DNA from: an uncultured virus (IMG/VR IMGVR_UViG_3300032053_000046) | Lineage: Duplodnaviria > Heunggongvirae > Uroviricota > Caudoviricetes | Reading direction: 5' to 3' (one strand) | IMG/VR virus record: IMGVR_UViG_3300032053_000046 | DNA: 64,000 bases | In this document: piece after piece, positions 56,991 through 64,000 of the stretch | Numbering within the stretch: the stretch's first letter is position 1 | Layout of the letters: every line of letters starts with the position of its first letter | The notes under the pieces: model-generated | Seen by the model: the letters and a program-made list of their open reading frames with translations, nothing else | What the model was told of the DNA's origin: nothing | Databases searched by the model: none | Translations under genes and position numbers: made by a program

Positions 56991-57171
56991 GCTACTTCAT
57001 TGAATATTGAGATCGTTCACGTAGGAGCTTTACATCTTTGGACGGCTTCGGGCTAACAAAGTACAGGGAGCGTTATGCTCTGTACCTAAAAAAGCCCCTG
57101 TGTAACGGCAGATTATGGTAGACTGTTCTCTTTTCCGAGGATACCGTGCATGGAGTCTATCGTCGGGTAGC
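56991..57171 (+). ncRNA. Putative structured ncRNA, element 5
   Basis: GCTACTT/GGGTAGC ends; GGGCT/AGCCC, GTACAG/CTGTAC, TAGACT/AGTCTA stems. Confidence 0.45.
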
Positions 57172-57177
57172 TGAGAA

Positions 57178-57226
57178 AGGGGTGGAGGGAATGACCCTCT
57201 GCCCCTCACTTTTTCTTTTCTTTTTT
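57178..57226 (+). terminator. Rho-independent terminator
   Basis: AGGGGTGGAGGG-aatga-CCCTCTGCCCCT then T-rich run. Confidence 0.75.
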
Positions 57227-57263
57227 GTGAAATATTCGTATTGTTTTATAGGGAGGTAGGATT

Positions 57264-57653
57264 ATGAAGTTGATTCCAGTTAAATCTTCTAATGTTAGTT
57301 CTTTGGGATACATTGCAAGTAAGCAGGTACTCCATGCCGCGTTTACGAATGGTTCTTTGTACGAGTACCATGACGTGCCGGAGAACGTGTTTATCGAGTG
57401 TCTGGGTGCTCCTTCCGTGGGTTCGTACTTCGCTAAGAATGTGGCTCGGAAGTTTTCTTTTTTCAAGGTAGAGGATGGGACGTGCCGGGGGTGTGAGTTT
57501 CTTGATCTTGTGGTTAGTGATCAGTATGAAAATATCCGTATTCCTATGTGTAAGAAGTTCAAAATTGAAGTACCAAACCTTGCTCGTCTTGAGGATTGTG
57601 ATGAGCCTTTCTTTCGGGATAGGGTAGTGTGTAAAAAACCAGAAGGCGTATGA
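57264..57653 (+). CDS. KTSC-domain protein with Cys-rich C-terminal extension
   Basis: PVKSSNV.S.GY...L...F.NG..YEY.DVP......APSVGSYF.KNV. Confidence 0.88.
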   Translation: MKLIPVKSSNVSSLGYIASKQVLHAAFTNGSLYEYHDVPENVFIECLGAPSVGSYFAKNVARKFSFFKVEDGTCRGCEFLDLVVSDQYENIRIPMCKKFKIEVPNLARLEDCDEPFFRDRVVCKKPEGV

Positions 57654-57665
57654 AGGAACGGTCTG

Positions 57666-57893
57666 ATGTTTACAGTTGAGATTCGTGTTAATGGTAGTCT
57701 TGTGGCATGTGCTACCGGACAGAATACGGGTTGGGCAACTGAGGAAGGTGAAGGTGTTTATGATTATGAGTATTATCAACCTTCTTTAGAAAAGAAAGTA
57801 AAGTCTAAGATAAAGCGGGGGCAGGTGTATCATAACAAATCAGATGGTATTAGGAAGCTGGTATCTGCTGTTCTCAAGGATGTTGATGTTTGA
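57666..57893 (+). CDS. Hypothetical protein
   Basis: MFTVEIRVNG...H.KSDGI..LV; AAGGA RBS. Confidence 0.65.
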   Translation: MFTVEIRVNGSLVACATGQNTGWATEEGEGVYDYEYYQPSLEKKVKSKIKRGQVYHNKSDGIRKLVSAVLKDVDV

Positions 57894-57932
57894 TAAGGAG
57901 GATGTATGAATTATCCAAAATAGGAGGACTGT

Positions 57933-58151
57933 ATGCGTATGTTGATGGAGTTTCTTCTTGTTGTTTTGATTTTGGTTGCTTTTCTTTTTGTGTCTTGGAA
58001 GTTGGTTTTGTCAAGGGTTCCTTTTATTGCAGTTCTTTTTAAGAAAGCTGCAATAGAGGAGGATGTTTCTTTGGCAGATACGGTTTCTAAGGTCGATATG
58101 AAGAAAGCAGACAAGGCTTCTAAGAAGGTTGATTCTTTTCTGAGACAGTGA
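57933..58151 (+). CDS. Small single-TM protein upstream of SPFH gene
   Basis: AGGAGG RBS; hydrophobic N-terminus. Confidence 0.7.
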   Translation: MRMLMEFLLVVLILVAFLFVSWKLVLSRVPFIAVLFKKAAIEEDVSLADTVSKVDMKKADKASKKVDSFLRQ

Positions 58152-58182
58152 TATTTCACAATTTTTTTAAGGAGATTCTGGT

Positions 58183-59400
58183 ATGCCAAAGAATGATCCG
58201 TCTGTTGTGCCTCTCAAGTCCATTTTGTCTCTTATTGGTCTTGGTGGTGCTTTGTTGATTGCTTTGGTTGTTGCTCTTAACATTGTGGGGTTCAATAAGG
58301 CCGGTGAGTTTGTGATTGTGCAGGATCTTGGTGGTGCGCTTCATGTAAAGACAACGGCAGGGCCGTATGGGAAATTTCTTGGTCATGTGGATGTGTACCG
58401 TCAGGTAGTGACAGTAGTTTTTGGACAGGCACCGGGACACAAGAGTTTTGAGGCTGATGAAGTTCCTGTTATTTTCAATGATGGTACTCGTGCTTTGATC
58501 CGTGCTCAACTTCGTGTTTCTCTTCCGTCAAATTCTGAACAGATGAAGGCAATTAAAAGTCAGTTTGCCGGAGGGTTTGAGCATCTTGTGAGTAACGGCA
58601 TTGTGCCTGTAGGTGCGAATGCAATTAAACTTTCAGCGAATCTTCATTCAGCACGAGAGGCTTATACTACTCTTGCTGTTTTGCAGAGTGAGATTGAGGA
58701 TCAGTTGATGTATGGTACTTATCAGACACGTTCTGTTGATAAGTGGATTCATAGGGCTGTAGGTGATTCCGAGCGTGTACGAATGACTGAGATTGTGCTT
58801 GACAGTACGAATAAACCACTAAGAAATCCTACAGTTTTGGAGCAGTTGGGGTGTCGAGTAACGCAGTGTCAGATTGACGTACCGAAGTTTGATAATGCAG
58901 TGGATGATATGATTAAGAAGCAGAGGGATCAGACATTGCAGACGGAGGTAGCGAAGCAGAACGCTATCCGTGCGAATCAGGATAAGTTGACTGCGGAAGC
59001 TGAAGGTCTTGCTGCTGTGATGAAGGTGAAGTATCAGAAGGAGCAGGAGAAACAAGCAGCGGTAACTGATGCTGAGAAGGAAAAGGCTGTTGCTTCTTTG
59101 ATGCGGGATGCAGCGGAGTTTACAAAGAAGAAGCTCATTTTGGAGGGAGAGGGTGAAGCTGAAAAGCGTAAGTTGATTATGTCAGCGGATGGTGCTTTGG
59201 AGAAGAAGCTCGAAGCATACAAGGCTGTTCAGCAGATGTGGTCAGAGGCTTTTTCAAAATATTCAGGTCAGATTGTTCCGACTACGGTGATGGGTGGGTC
59301 GGTTGGTGGTGGAAATGGTGCTACGAACTTCATGGAGATTATGACTGCGAAGGCGGCGCGTGATCTGTCTTTGGATTTGAGTGTTCCCGGTAAGAAGTAG
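58183..59400 (+). CDS. SPFH / Band 7 (prohibitin-like) membrane protein
   Basis: N-terminal TM, V.FNDG..A, AE/KA-rich coiled coil, VPTTVMGG tail. Confidence 0.85.
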   Translation: MPKNDPSVVPLKSILSLIGLGGALLIALVVALNIVGFNKAGEFVIVQDLGGALHVKTTAGPYGKFLGHVDVYRQVVTVVFGQAPGHKSFEADEVPVIFNDGTRALIRAQLRVSLPSNSEQMKAIKSQFAGGFEHLVSNGIVPVGANAIKLSANLHSAREAYTTLAVLQSEIEDQLMYGTYQTRSVDKWIHRAVGDSERVRMTEIVLDSTNKPLRNPTVLEQLGCRVTQCQIDVPKFDNAVDDMIKKQRDQTLQTEVAKQNAIRANQDKLTAEAEGLAAVMKVKYQKEQEKQAAVTDAEKEKAVASLMRDAAEFTKKKLILEGEGEAEKRKLIMSADGALEKKLEAYKAVQQMWSEAFSKYSGQIVPTTVMGGSVGGGNGATNFMEIMTAKAARDLSLDLSVPGKK

Positions 59401-59419
59401 TGTGATTAACAGATAACAT

Positions 59420-59452
59420 GAGGGTGTTATTCAAGTAACACCTTCTATTTTC
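59420..59452 (+). terminator. Terminator-like hairpin
   Basis: GAGGGTGTTAT-tcaa-GTAACACCTTC-TATTTTC. Confidence 0.65.
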
Positions 59453-59467
59453 TTGAAAGGGTTTTGT

Positions 59468-59980
59468 ATGAAGAAGTTGGTTAATATTCCAGATAAGATC
59501 CTGGATAAGAAGATTGACAACAGTGCAAAGCGTATAGCTGATGATTTTGTTGCTACAAAGAAGGATAAGGCAGTTGTTTTTTGTGAGTTGTTTGCTCAGG
59601 GGAAACGTCTTGGGTTGGAGACACCAGAGCAGACCAAGGATTTTCTGAAAAGGTACAAGTACGTCTCTTTTGGGTGTTTGTCAGATATTCAGGAAGCAAC
59701 GGAGTTTTTGAAAAAGCAGAAGGCTGTAGAGGAAAACTCTTCTGATGATCTGATTAAGTGGCGGCAAGCTGTACGGGAGAGACTTATTTCTGGTAGGAAA
59801 GTGATTGATGCCCTTGATGTGGATGCAATGCAGAGGAAGAGGTTGTATTATGATAAGAGGAGAAAACTTTTTGCCAAAAGGCAGAAGGATATTGATTGGT
59901 ATAATAAGGTCAGTATTGCTCTTGTTAAGAAGATCAAGGGGATGAAGTCTTTTGAGCGGTTTGATCTTGACCAGTTCTAA
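59468..59980 (+). CDS. Hypothetical basic helical protein
   Basis: AAAGGGG RBS before ATG. Confidence 0.65.
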   Translation: MKKLVNIPDKILDKKIDNSAKRIADDFVATKKDKAVVFCELFAQGKRLGLETPEQTKDFLKRYKYVSFGCLSDIQEATEFLKKQKAVEENSSDDLIKWRQAVRERLISGRKVIDALDVDAMQRKRLYYDKRRKLFAKRQKDIDWYNKVSIALVKKIKGMKSFERFDLDQF

Positions 59981-60013
59981 TACAAGGATTATCACCTACA
60001 CTGAGGAGGGGCT

Positions 60014-60295
60014 ATGGTAGCGTCTGTTAATTCGTGGCTTGTGCGGGAGAAGCAGCTTCGTGGCCGGTTGTCTGAGTTGGTCAACATGAAGGGTTCTTTG
60101 ACTTCCCGTACATCTTATTACGGGGATGACAAGAAAATTATTGAGCCTACCTATGATGTTAAGAAGGTAGACAGGCTGACAACGGATCTTCAGAACGCTC
60201 TCTTTACGATTGAGAATGCAATCAAAGAGTCCAATGCAAAGACGATGGTTGATGTTGATGTGGATTGTGCCTCTCTGATGAAGCCGATTGAGTAG
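60014..60295 (+). CDS. Half-size DIP1984-like coiled-coil protein
   Basis: GAGGAGG RBS; helix-YDVKKVD...LQ..L..IE.AIKESNAKT resembles the DIP1984 C-terminal half (recognition from memory). Confidence 0.6.
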   Translation: MVASVNSWLVREKQLRGRLSELVNMKGSLTSRTSYYGDDKKIIEPTYDVKKVDRLTTDLQNALFTIENAIKESNAKTMVDVDVDCASLMKPIE

Positions 60296-60312
60296 GTGTA
60301 CGTGGGATAATG

Positions 60313-60488
60313 CGGGATAGACGGCAAGGGTGACAGGGCTTGCTTTGTTGCCGGGGAATTTCCTTTACGTCATGGTTGTGGCAATGTAGGGCTATATTTA
60401 TCTTGTTGTTGCTGACCTTACATACACAAACCTTCATTGGTTGTTGTTAGTTGTTGTACTTAGGATTTCCCAACTTGCCGTCTTCCCG
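60313..60488 (+). ncRNA. Putative structured ncRNA with GUU-repeat tracts, element 6
   Basis: 15-bp closing stem CGGGA-t-AGACGGCAAG/CTTGCCGTCT-TCCCG; inner stems; TTGTTGTTG tracts. Confidence 0.65.
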
Positions 60489-60521
60489 ATTTTTGTTGTG
60501 TAGGTGTGATAGACTTTACCA

Positions 60522-60710
60522 ATGAACGACTCCCCTGATTTTGTTGTTGAAAACTCTGAGACTTCTCTTGACCTTTCTTCAAAGGCATTAGACAAGAGAC
60601 GGGAAATTGCTATTGACATTGTGAGACTTCTCATGGATAATCTATATAAGATGTCAATGGTGAGTCTTTTGGTCGTGTATAGAGAACTTAAAGGGAGGGT
60701 AGATGGGTGA
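60522..60710 (+). CDS. Hypothetical protein
   Basis: 62-aa ORF overlapping next start. Confidence 0.5.
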   Translation: MNDSPDFVVENSETSLDLSSKALDKRREIAIDIVRLLMDNLYKMSMVSLLVVYRELKGRVDG

Positions 60711-61530
60711 CGGTCTTACAGACGCAAGAGTCCATAGGGATAATCCTACTATCGGGTTGACTTTCAAGGAGCAGACAGGTTGTGGGTCATCTTTTTTCTC
60801 TATCAAGTTTAATTGGCATGATAAGGTGAAGCTGGTCGAAGTGTTTTGTGGGTCATCTTCTAAGGGCGGGTGTTCTTCAAATACAAAAATGACGGGGCGG
60901 CTTGTCTCTCTCGCTTTACAAAACAATGTCCCTATTGAGGAGATTTTGGATCAGCTTGAGTCTGAGATATGTCCTACGGCTCGGTATCGTGCAGGGCGTG
61001 ATGAGGGGTTTAAGAAAACTGGAAATAGTTCTTGTAGTAAGGCACTTGCATCTGCGATACGAAAGACTTTACAAGCGCAAAAGTTTTTTGAGGATCATCA
61101 AGATGAGTTGAGGGCGATTTTTTCATCCGTAGATGATTTGCGAGGTAAGACCGTAGAACTTGCGAAGGATAGGATCGAAAAATCAAGATTGTCTGAGATT
61201 TTTGAGAAATCAGAACCGTTTGATGTGTTGCCAGAGGATCTTCTGGTGGATCTTCCAGCGGACATGAGTGTGGTCAAAGACAATGTTGCTGGAGTGAAAA
61301 GTTTTGAAATAAGTGACATTCCTGTAGGATCTCCTTTGTTGGAACCTATTCGGTTGAGTCAGGCGAAGGAGAGAGCAAAGTTTTTTACGGCTGGTGTGCC
61401 CTACGTTGGTGATGAGGGCAAGGGTGAGGATTACTGGATACAGCGGGGGTTATGCCCTGAGTGTCGGGCTGCGTTGGGGCATGAGGAGGGGTGTGTGATC
61501 TGTAGGCGGTGCTCGTTCTCCAAGTGCTGA
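60703..61530 (+). CDS. TSCPD-domain protein (class II ribonucleotide reductase C-terminal part) with Zn ribbon
   Basis: QTGCG, EVF...KGGC, GRLVSLALQ...EEILDQL, SSC..A.A; CPEC...EEGC..C..C.FSKC. Confidence 0.85.
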   Translation: MGDGLTDARVHRDNPTIGLTFKEQTGCGSSFFSIKFNWHDKVKLVEVFCGSSSKGGCSSNTKMTGRLVSLALQNNVPIEEILDQLESEICPTARYRAGRDEGFKKTGNSSCSKALASAIRKTLQAQKFFEDHQDELRAIFSSVDDLRGKTVELAKDRIEKSRLSEIFEKSEPFDVLPEDLLVDLPADMSVVKDNVAGVKSFEISDIPVGSPLLEPIRLSQAKERAKFFTAGVPYVGDEGKGEDYWIQRGLCPECRAALGHEEGCVICRRCSFSKC

Positions 61531-61566
61531 AAAATGTCGAGTTGAAAACAAGGTGATTTGAAAGTT

Positions 61567-61600
61567 GGCTGGAGTTGAAATGCTCTGGCCTTTTTTATTT
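61567..61600 (+). terminator. Rho-independent terminator
   Basis: GGCTGGAGT-tgaaat-GCTCTGGCC-TTTTTT. Confidence 0.7.
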
Positions 61601-61609
61601 CGTTTATTC

Positions 61610-61698
61610 TCAATCACTTACAGAGGTCAAAAGTTTTTGAAGATTTCTATTGACAAGCATCCAAATAAGGTGTATATTAAAGGTGTAAAAGAGACAGG
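61610..61698 (+). promoter_or_regulatory. Early sigma70-type promoter cassette, copy 2
   Basis: TTGACA(61650)-17-TATATT; near-identical to 54714-54802. Confidence 0.9.
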
Positions 61699-61737
61699 TG
61701 ATGAGAGAAAGAGAAACAAGAACTAAGGAGGTAGAGA

Positions 61738-62010
61738 ATGAATCTCAGAGCAAGTACAGTACAGGCGATTGGTGAAAAGGTGACAACGGTATGTGAGTTG
61801 GGTGGTGTTGGGCTTGGGTATATACTCCCAGAATCTTGTTGGGAGGATGGTAAGGTGCCAGTTGAGAATCTGGCGTTTCAGTCTGGTGGTAATGGATTCT
61901 ACTATCCTAAAAAGTTCAAACAAGTTCTTCGGGATGGTGGGCAAGGTTACAAAGATGTTGTCAATCGGTTGGTTTCTGGTGGTGGTGTTTCTCGTGCTTA
62001 TTCTCTTTAA
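61738..62010 (+). CDS. Hypothetical early protein
   Basis: AAGGAGG RBS downstream of promoter. Confidence 0.7.
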   Translation: MNLRASTVQAIGEKVTTVCELGGVGLGYILPESCWEDGKVPVENLAFQSGGNGFYYPKKFKQVLRDGGQGYKDVVNRLVSGGGVSRAYSL

Positions 62011-62053
62011 GTGTGGTTGTAAGAAATGCTCACCATTTATTAAGGAGTTGTGA

Positions 62054-62281
62054 ATGAACAAATATTGTGAACATGTTTTTACTAACGAGAGTGACAGCGA
62101 AATGTGTTGTTTGTCTGGTGAAGTATGCCCTCATTTTTTTAAGGACATTGCCAGTAATTGTTGCGAAAAACGCGCCGCATATAAGGGGAGTCACGGGCAA
62201 CAGTCAGGTGGGATAGATTCTTCACGTCCCGGCGTTCTTGAAACGCATTTTCCCGTAATAGGGCAGGATGTTTCTTTATAG
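62054..62281 (+). CDS. Small Cys-rich protein
   Basis: AAGGAG RBS; six Cys in the N-terminal half. Confidence 0.6.
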   Translation: MNKYCEHVFTNESDSEMCCLSGEVCPHFFKDIASNCCEKRAAYKGSHGQQSGGIDSSRPGVLETHFPVIGQDVSL

Positions 62282-62291
62282 GAGGTAGATA

Positions 62292-62762
62292 ATGAGTCTC
62301 GTCAAGATCATTGATGTGTCTGCTGTGATTCGGGAGTTGCTGAATGCTGGTGGGGATCACGTTACTCCTCGCCCTAAAACTCCTGATATGCGGGCTTTGA
62401 TTGTTGGGAAGGAGCGGTTTATTCTTTCTAATGATGAGGCAGTGCATGAGGTTCGATCCCGTAGGTCTTCCATGTTTTTAGATTTGGAAGAGGAAGACGG
62501 GGTTGCCCTTTTCAATGGTGTTATTGTTCGGAGTTCGGGAAGGGTTGAGGTTCCTGCTGAGGAATTTTTGCGAGTCTGTCTGGAGGTTTTTTCTGAGGAG
62601 TTTGTTGGGGGAGAGTTGGGTGAGTGGGTTCGTCGGTTTGGTTCACGGATTGAGAATAACTATGAGGTTCTTCTGGACTCCATAAAAACTCACCTTAGCC
62701 TTGACCCAAAAGATTACCCTCGCGGGGTGATCAAGGATGGGGTGTGGTCTGAGTGGGCATGA
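62292..62762 (+). CDS. Hypothetical protein
   Basis: AGGAGG RBS. Confidence 0.7.
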   Translation: MSLVKIIDVSAVIRELLNAGGDHVTPRPKTPDMRALIVGKERFILSNDEAVHEVRSRRSSMFLDLEEEDGVALFNGVIVRSSGRVEVPAEEFLRVCLEVFSEEFVGGELGEWVRRFGSRIENNYEVLLDSIKTHLSLDPKDYPRGVIKDGVWSEWA

Positions 62763-63019
62763 AACAATACCACTACATTATCTGCTGTGTTGATTCAACT
62801 GCTGAGAAGATTCACAGGATGGTGGATCGGGCACGGTCTATTACCTATGAAACTTTTCGGAAGTATGTAGATACCGGGGAGATTAACCGGCAGTTTGGGT
62901 ATGGCCGGGAGTGGCTTGTTTTGAAGAATGACTATCATGTATCTTATCACAAGAGTTTTTACGATGGCGCGCCTTGTGTTTACATGGTACATTCTGCAAT
63001 AGAGTATATTTATGGATAG
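62759..63019 (+). CDS. Conserved-looking phage hypothetical protein
   Basis: ATGA overlap; ITYETF, LKNDYHVSYHKS...PCVY.VHSAIEYI. Confidence 0.7.
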   Translation: MKQYHYIICCVDSTAEKIHRMVDRARSITYETFRKYVDTGEINRQFGYGREWLVLKNDYHVSYHKSFYDGAPCVYMVHSAIEYIYG

Positions 63020-63031
63020 GGGAAGCGGTTT

Positions 63032-63274
63032 ATGAATATGAGGAGGTATGAGCATATTTTGACGGGTCATGTGCAAGAGGGTGATCTTTTGGTATGGCCA
63101 GATCGTGGTGTTGTTGAGCTTGCTCTTGGGATGATTGGGCTTAACATTTACGATCCTGATACGGTGATTGTTCTTCGGCCAAAGTGCTCTTGTCGTGTTC
63201 CTAAAATCCCTGTCGGGTTTACTTCAATGGAAAAAGAAAAGATTCGATGTTGTTCTTGTGGAGGTAGTCTATGA
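63032..63274 (+). CDS. Hypothetical protein with Cys cluster
   Basis: CSC...CCSC; coupled to next gene. Confidence 0.55.
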   Translation: MNMRRYEHILTGHVQEGDLLVWPDRGVVELALGMIGLNIYDPDTVIVLRPKCSCRVPKIPVGFTSMEKEKIRCCSCGGSL

Positions 63275-63612
63275 GCTTTGAACATCGACAAATGACCGAT
63301 GATGAGGCACAGACCTTTCTTTCTCTTTTGTTGATCAACGAGAAAGATCCAACGGCTTTTCAGCTACCTTTGTTTGAAAAATCTGCGCTACTTGCTTTAG
63401 AGCTTTTTGCACAAGGTAATCCCGGTCGTGCTGTGTTGTCCCTGATTGATACGATGGAGGCATACGAAAAGTACCTTCCTGAGAAGATAGACATATCTTT
63501 TATTTCAACTTTTGTTTATCCTGACGGTCCATACTCTCAGGTGGGGTTTGAGACTGTGTGGGAGGATAGGAAGAATGGCACCAAGGTTTGTGGGTACAAT
63601 CGGATGATATAA
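63271..63612 (+). CDS. Hypothetical protein
   Basis: GGAGG RBS, ATGA overlap. Confidence 0.65.
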   Translation: MSFEHRQMTDDEAQTFLSLLLINEKDPTAFQLPLFEKSALLALELFAQGNPGRAVLSLIDTMEAYEKYLPEKIDISFISTFVYPDGPYSQVGFETVWEDRKNGTKVCGYNRMI

Positions 63613-63622
63613 GGGAGGTTTT

Positions 63623-63955
63623 ATGGCGAACTGGCAGTATACTCTTGACATTGAGAAGACTTGGAAGAAGTCTAAGAACAAGGAAGTTGCGTTGTCTGTC
63701 TTGTCAAATGAGATTGCTGATAAGATGGAAGTTCTTCGCCCATCGTTGGCTATCAAGTTCAAAGAGGATTCAGGTATACTTTCTGAGCTTGATGATATTG
63801 TTTTTGATTTGCGCGATCTTGCCGGGTCAGAGGATAAGGATGACGTTGATATTTTTGATGAAATTTTCAGTCGGGTCTACGATTGGGCAGACACCGAGAT
63901 ACTGCCGAAGCAGTGGCCCCCAAAGAAGCTGTGTTGGGTGAAGACGGATTTTTGA
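63623..63955 (+). CDS. Acidic hypothetical protein
   Basis: GGGAGG RBS; FD.I...VYDWAD...CWV. Confidence 0.7.
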   Translation: MANWQYTLDIEKTWKKSKNKEVALSVLSNEIADKMEVLRPSLAIKFKEDSGILSELDDIVFDLRDLAGSEDKDDVDIFDEIFSRVYDWADTEILPKQWPPKKLCWVKTDF

Positions 63956-64000
63956 AAAAGCTACCTAATGTAACTTGTTGTTTTTCAACGGGTTACAGTC

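Noticed and set aside
55851..57171. Assigning elements to known riboswitches, SRP, 6S or tRNA
   Set aside because: Consensus motifs for TPP, cobalamin, c-di-GMP, SRP and tRNA were not matched by eye; left unassigned pending an Rfam search
56283..57779. Long minus-strand ORFs (190 aa, 177 aa) and others like them
   Set aside because: Antisense to well-supported + strand genes, no recognisable motifs; explained by the strand's G/T skew
61793..62053. Alternative overlapping 86-aa ORF
   Set aside because: Overlaps the RBS-supported 61738 ORF almost entirely and has a weaker start context
62450..62465. GGTTCGATCCC T-arm-like sequence
   Set aside because: Inside a CDS; no acceptor, D or anticodon arms found

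Overview
A 64-kb segment of a large dsDNA myovirus (contractile-tailed phage). Essentially all credible genes lie on the + strand; the minus-strand ORFs in the track are antisense shadows. 1-12.4 kb is the head module: tail end of a vWA-domain protein, T4 gp21-like prohead protease/scaffold, gp23-like major capsid protein, neck proteins, an HNH-AP2 homing endonuclease, and a cluster of small proteins sharing an MSLLQEMYE-type N-terminus (probable capsid-targeted internal proteins). 12.5-41.7 kb is the tail module: terminator, LamG/FN3/propeller appendage proteins, sheath, tube, chaperones, tape measure, baseplate, spike, PAAR-like tip and fibres. 42-54.7 kb is replication and auxiliary functions: 5'-3' exonuclease, HAD protein, a tmRNA with a 30-aa tag flanked by other structured elements, SNF2 helicase, degenerate DnaC-like loader, DnaB-like helicase, primase Zn finger, family A DNA polymerase, a DXD glycosyltransferase-like protein and a Zn-finger-GroES. 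54.7-64 kb is an early/accessory region with repeated sigma70-type promoters, many small ORFs, KTSC, SPFH and NrdJ C-terminal (TSCPD) proteins, and a dense set of unannotated structured RNA-like elements closed by long terminal stems, one of them directly downstream of a half-size DIP1984-like coiled-coil gene. All calls come from motif recognition and manual base-pairing; no searches or folding programs were run.
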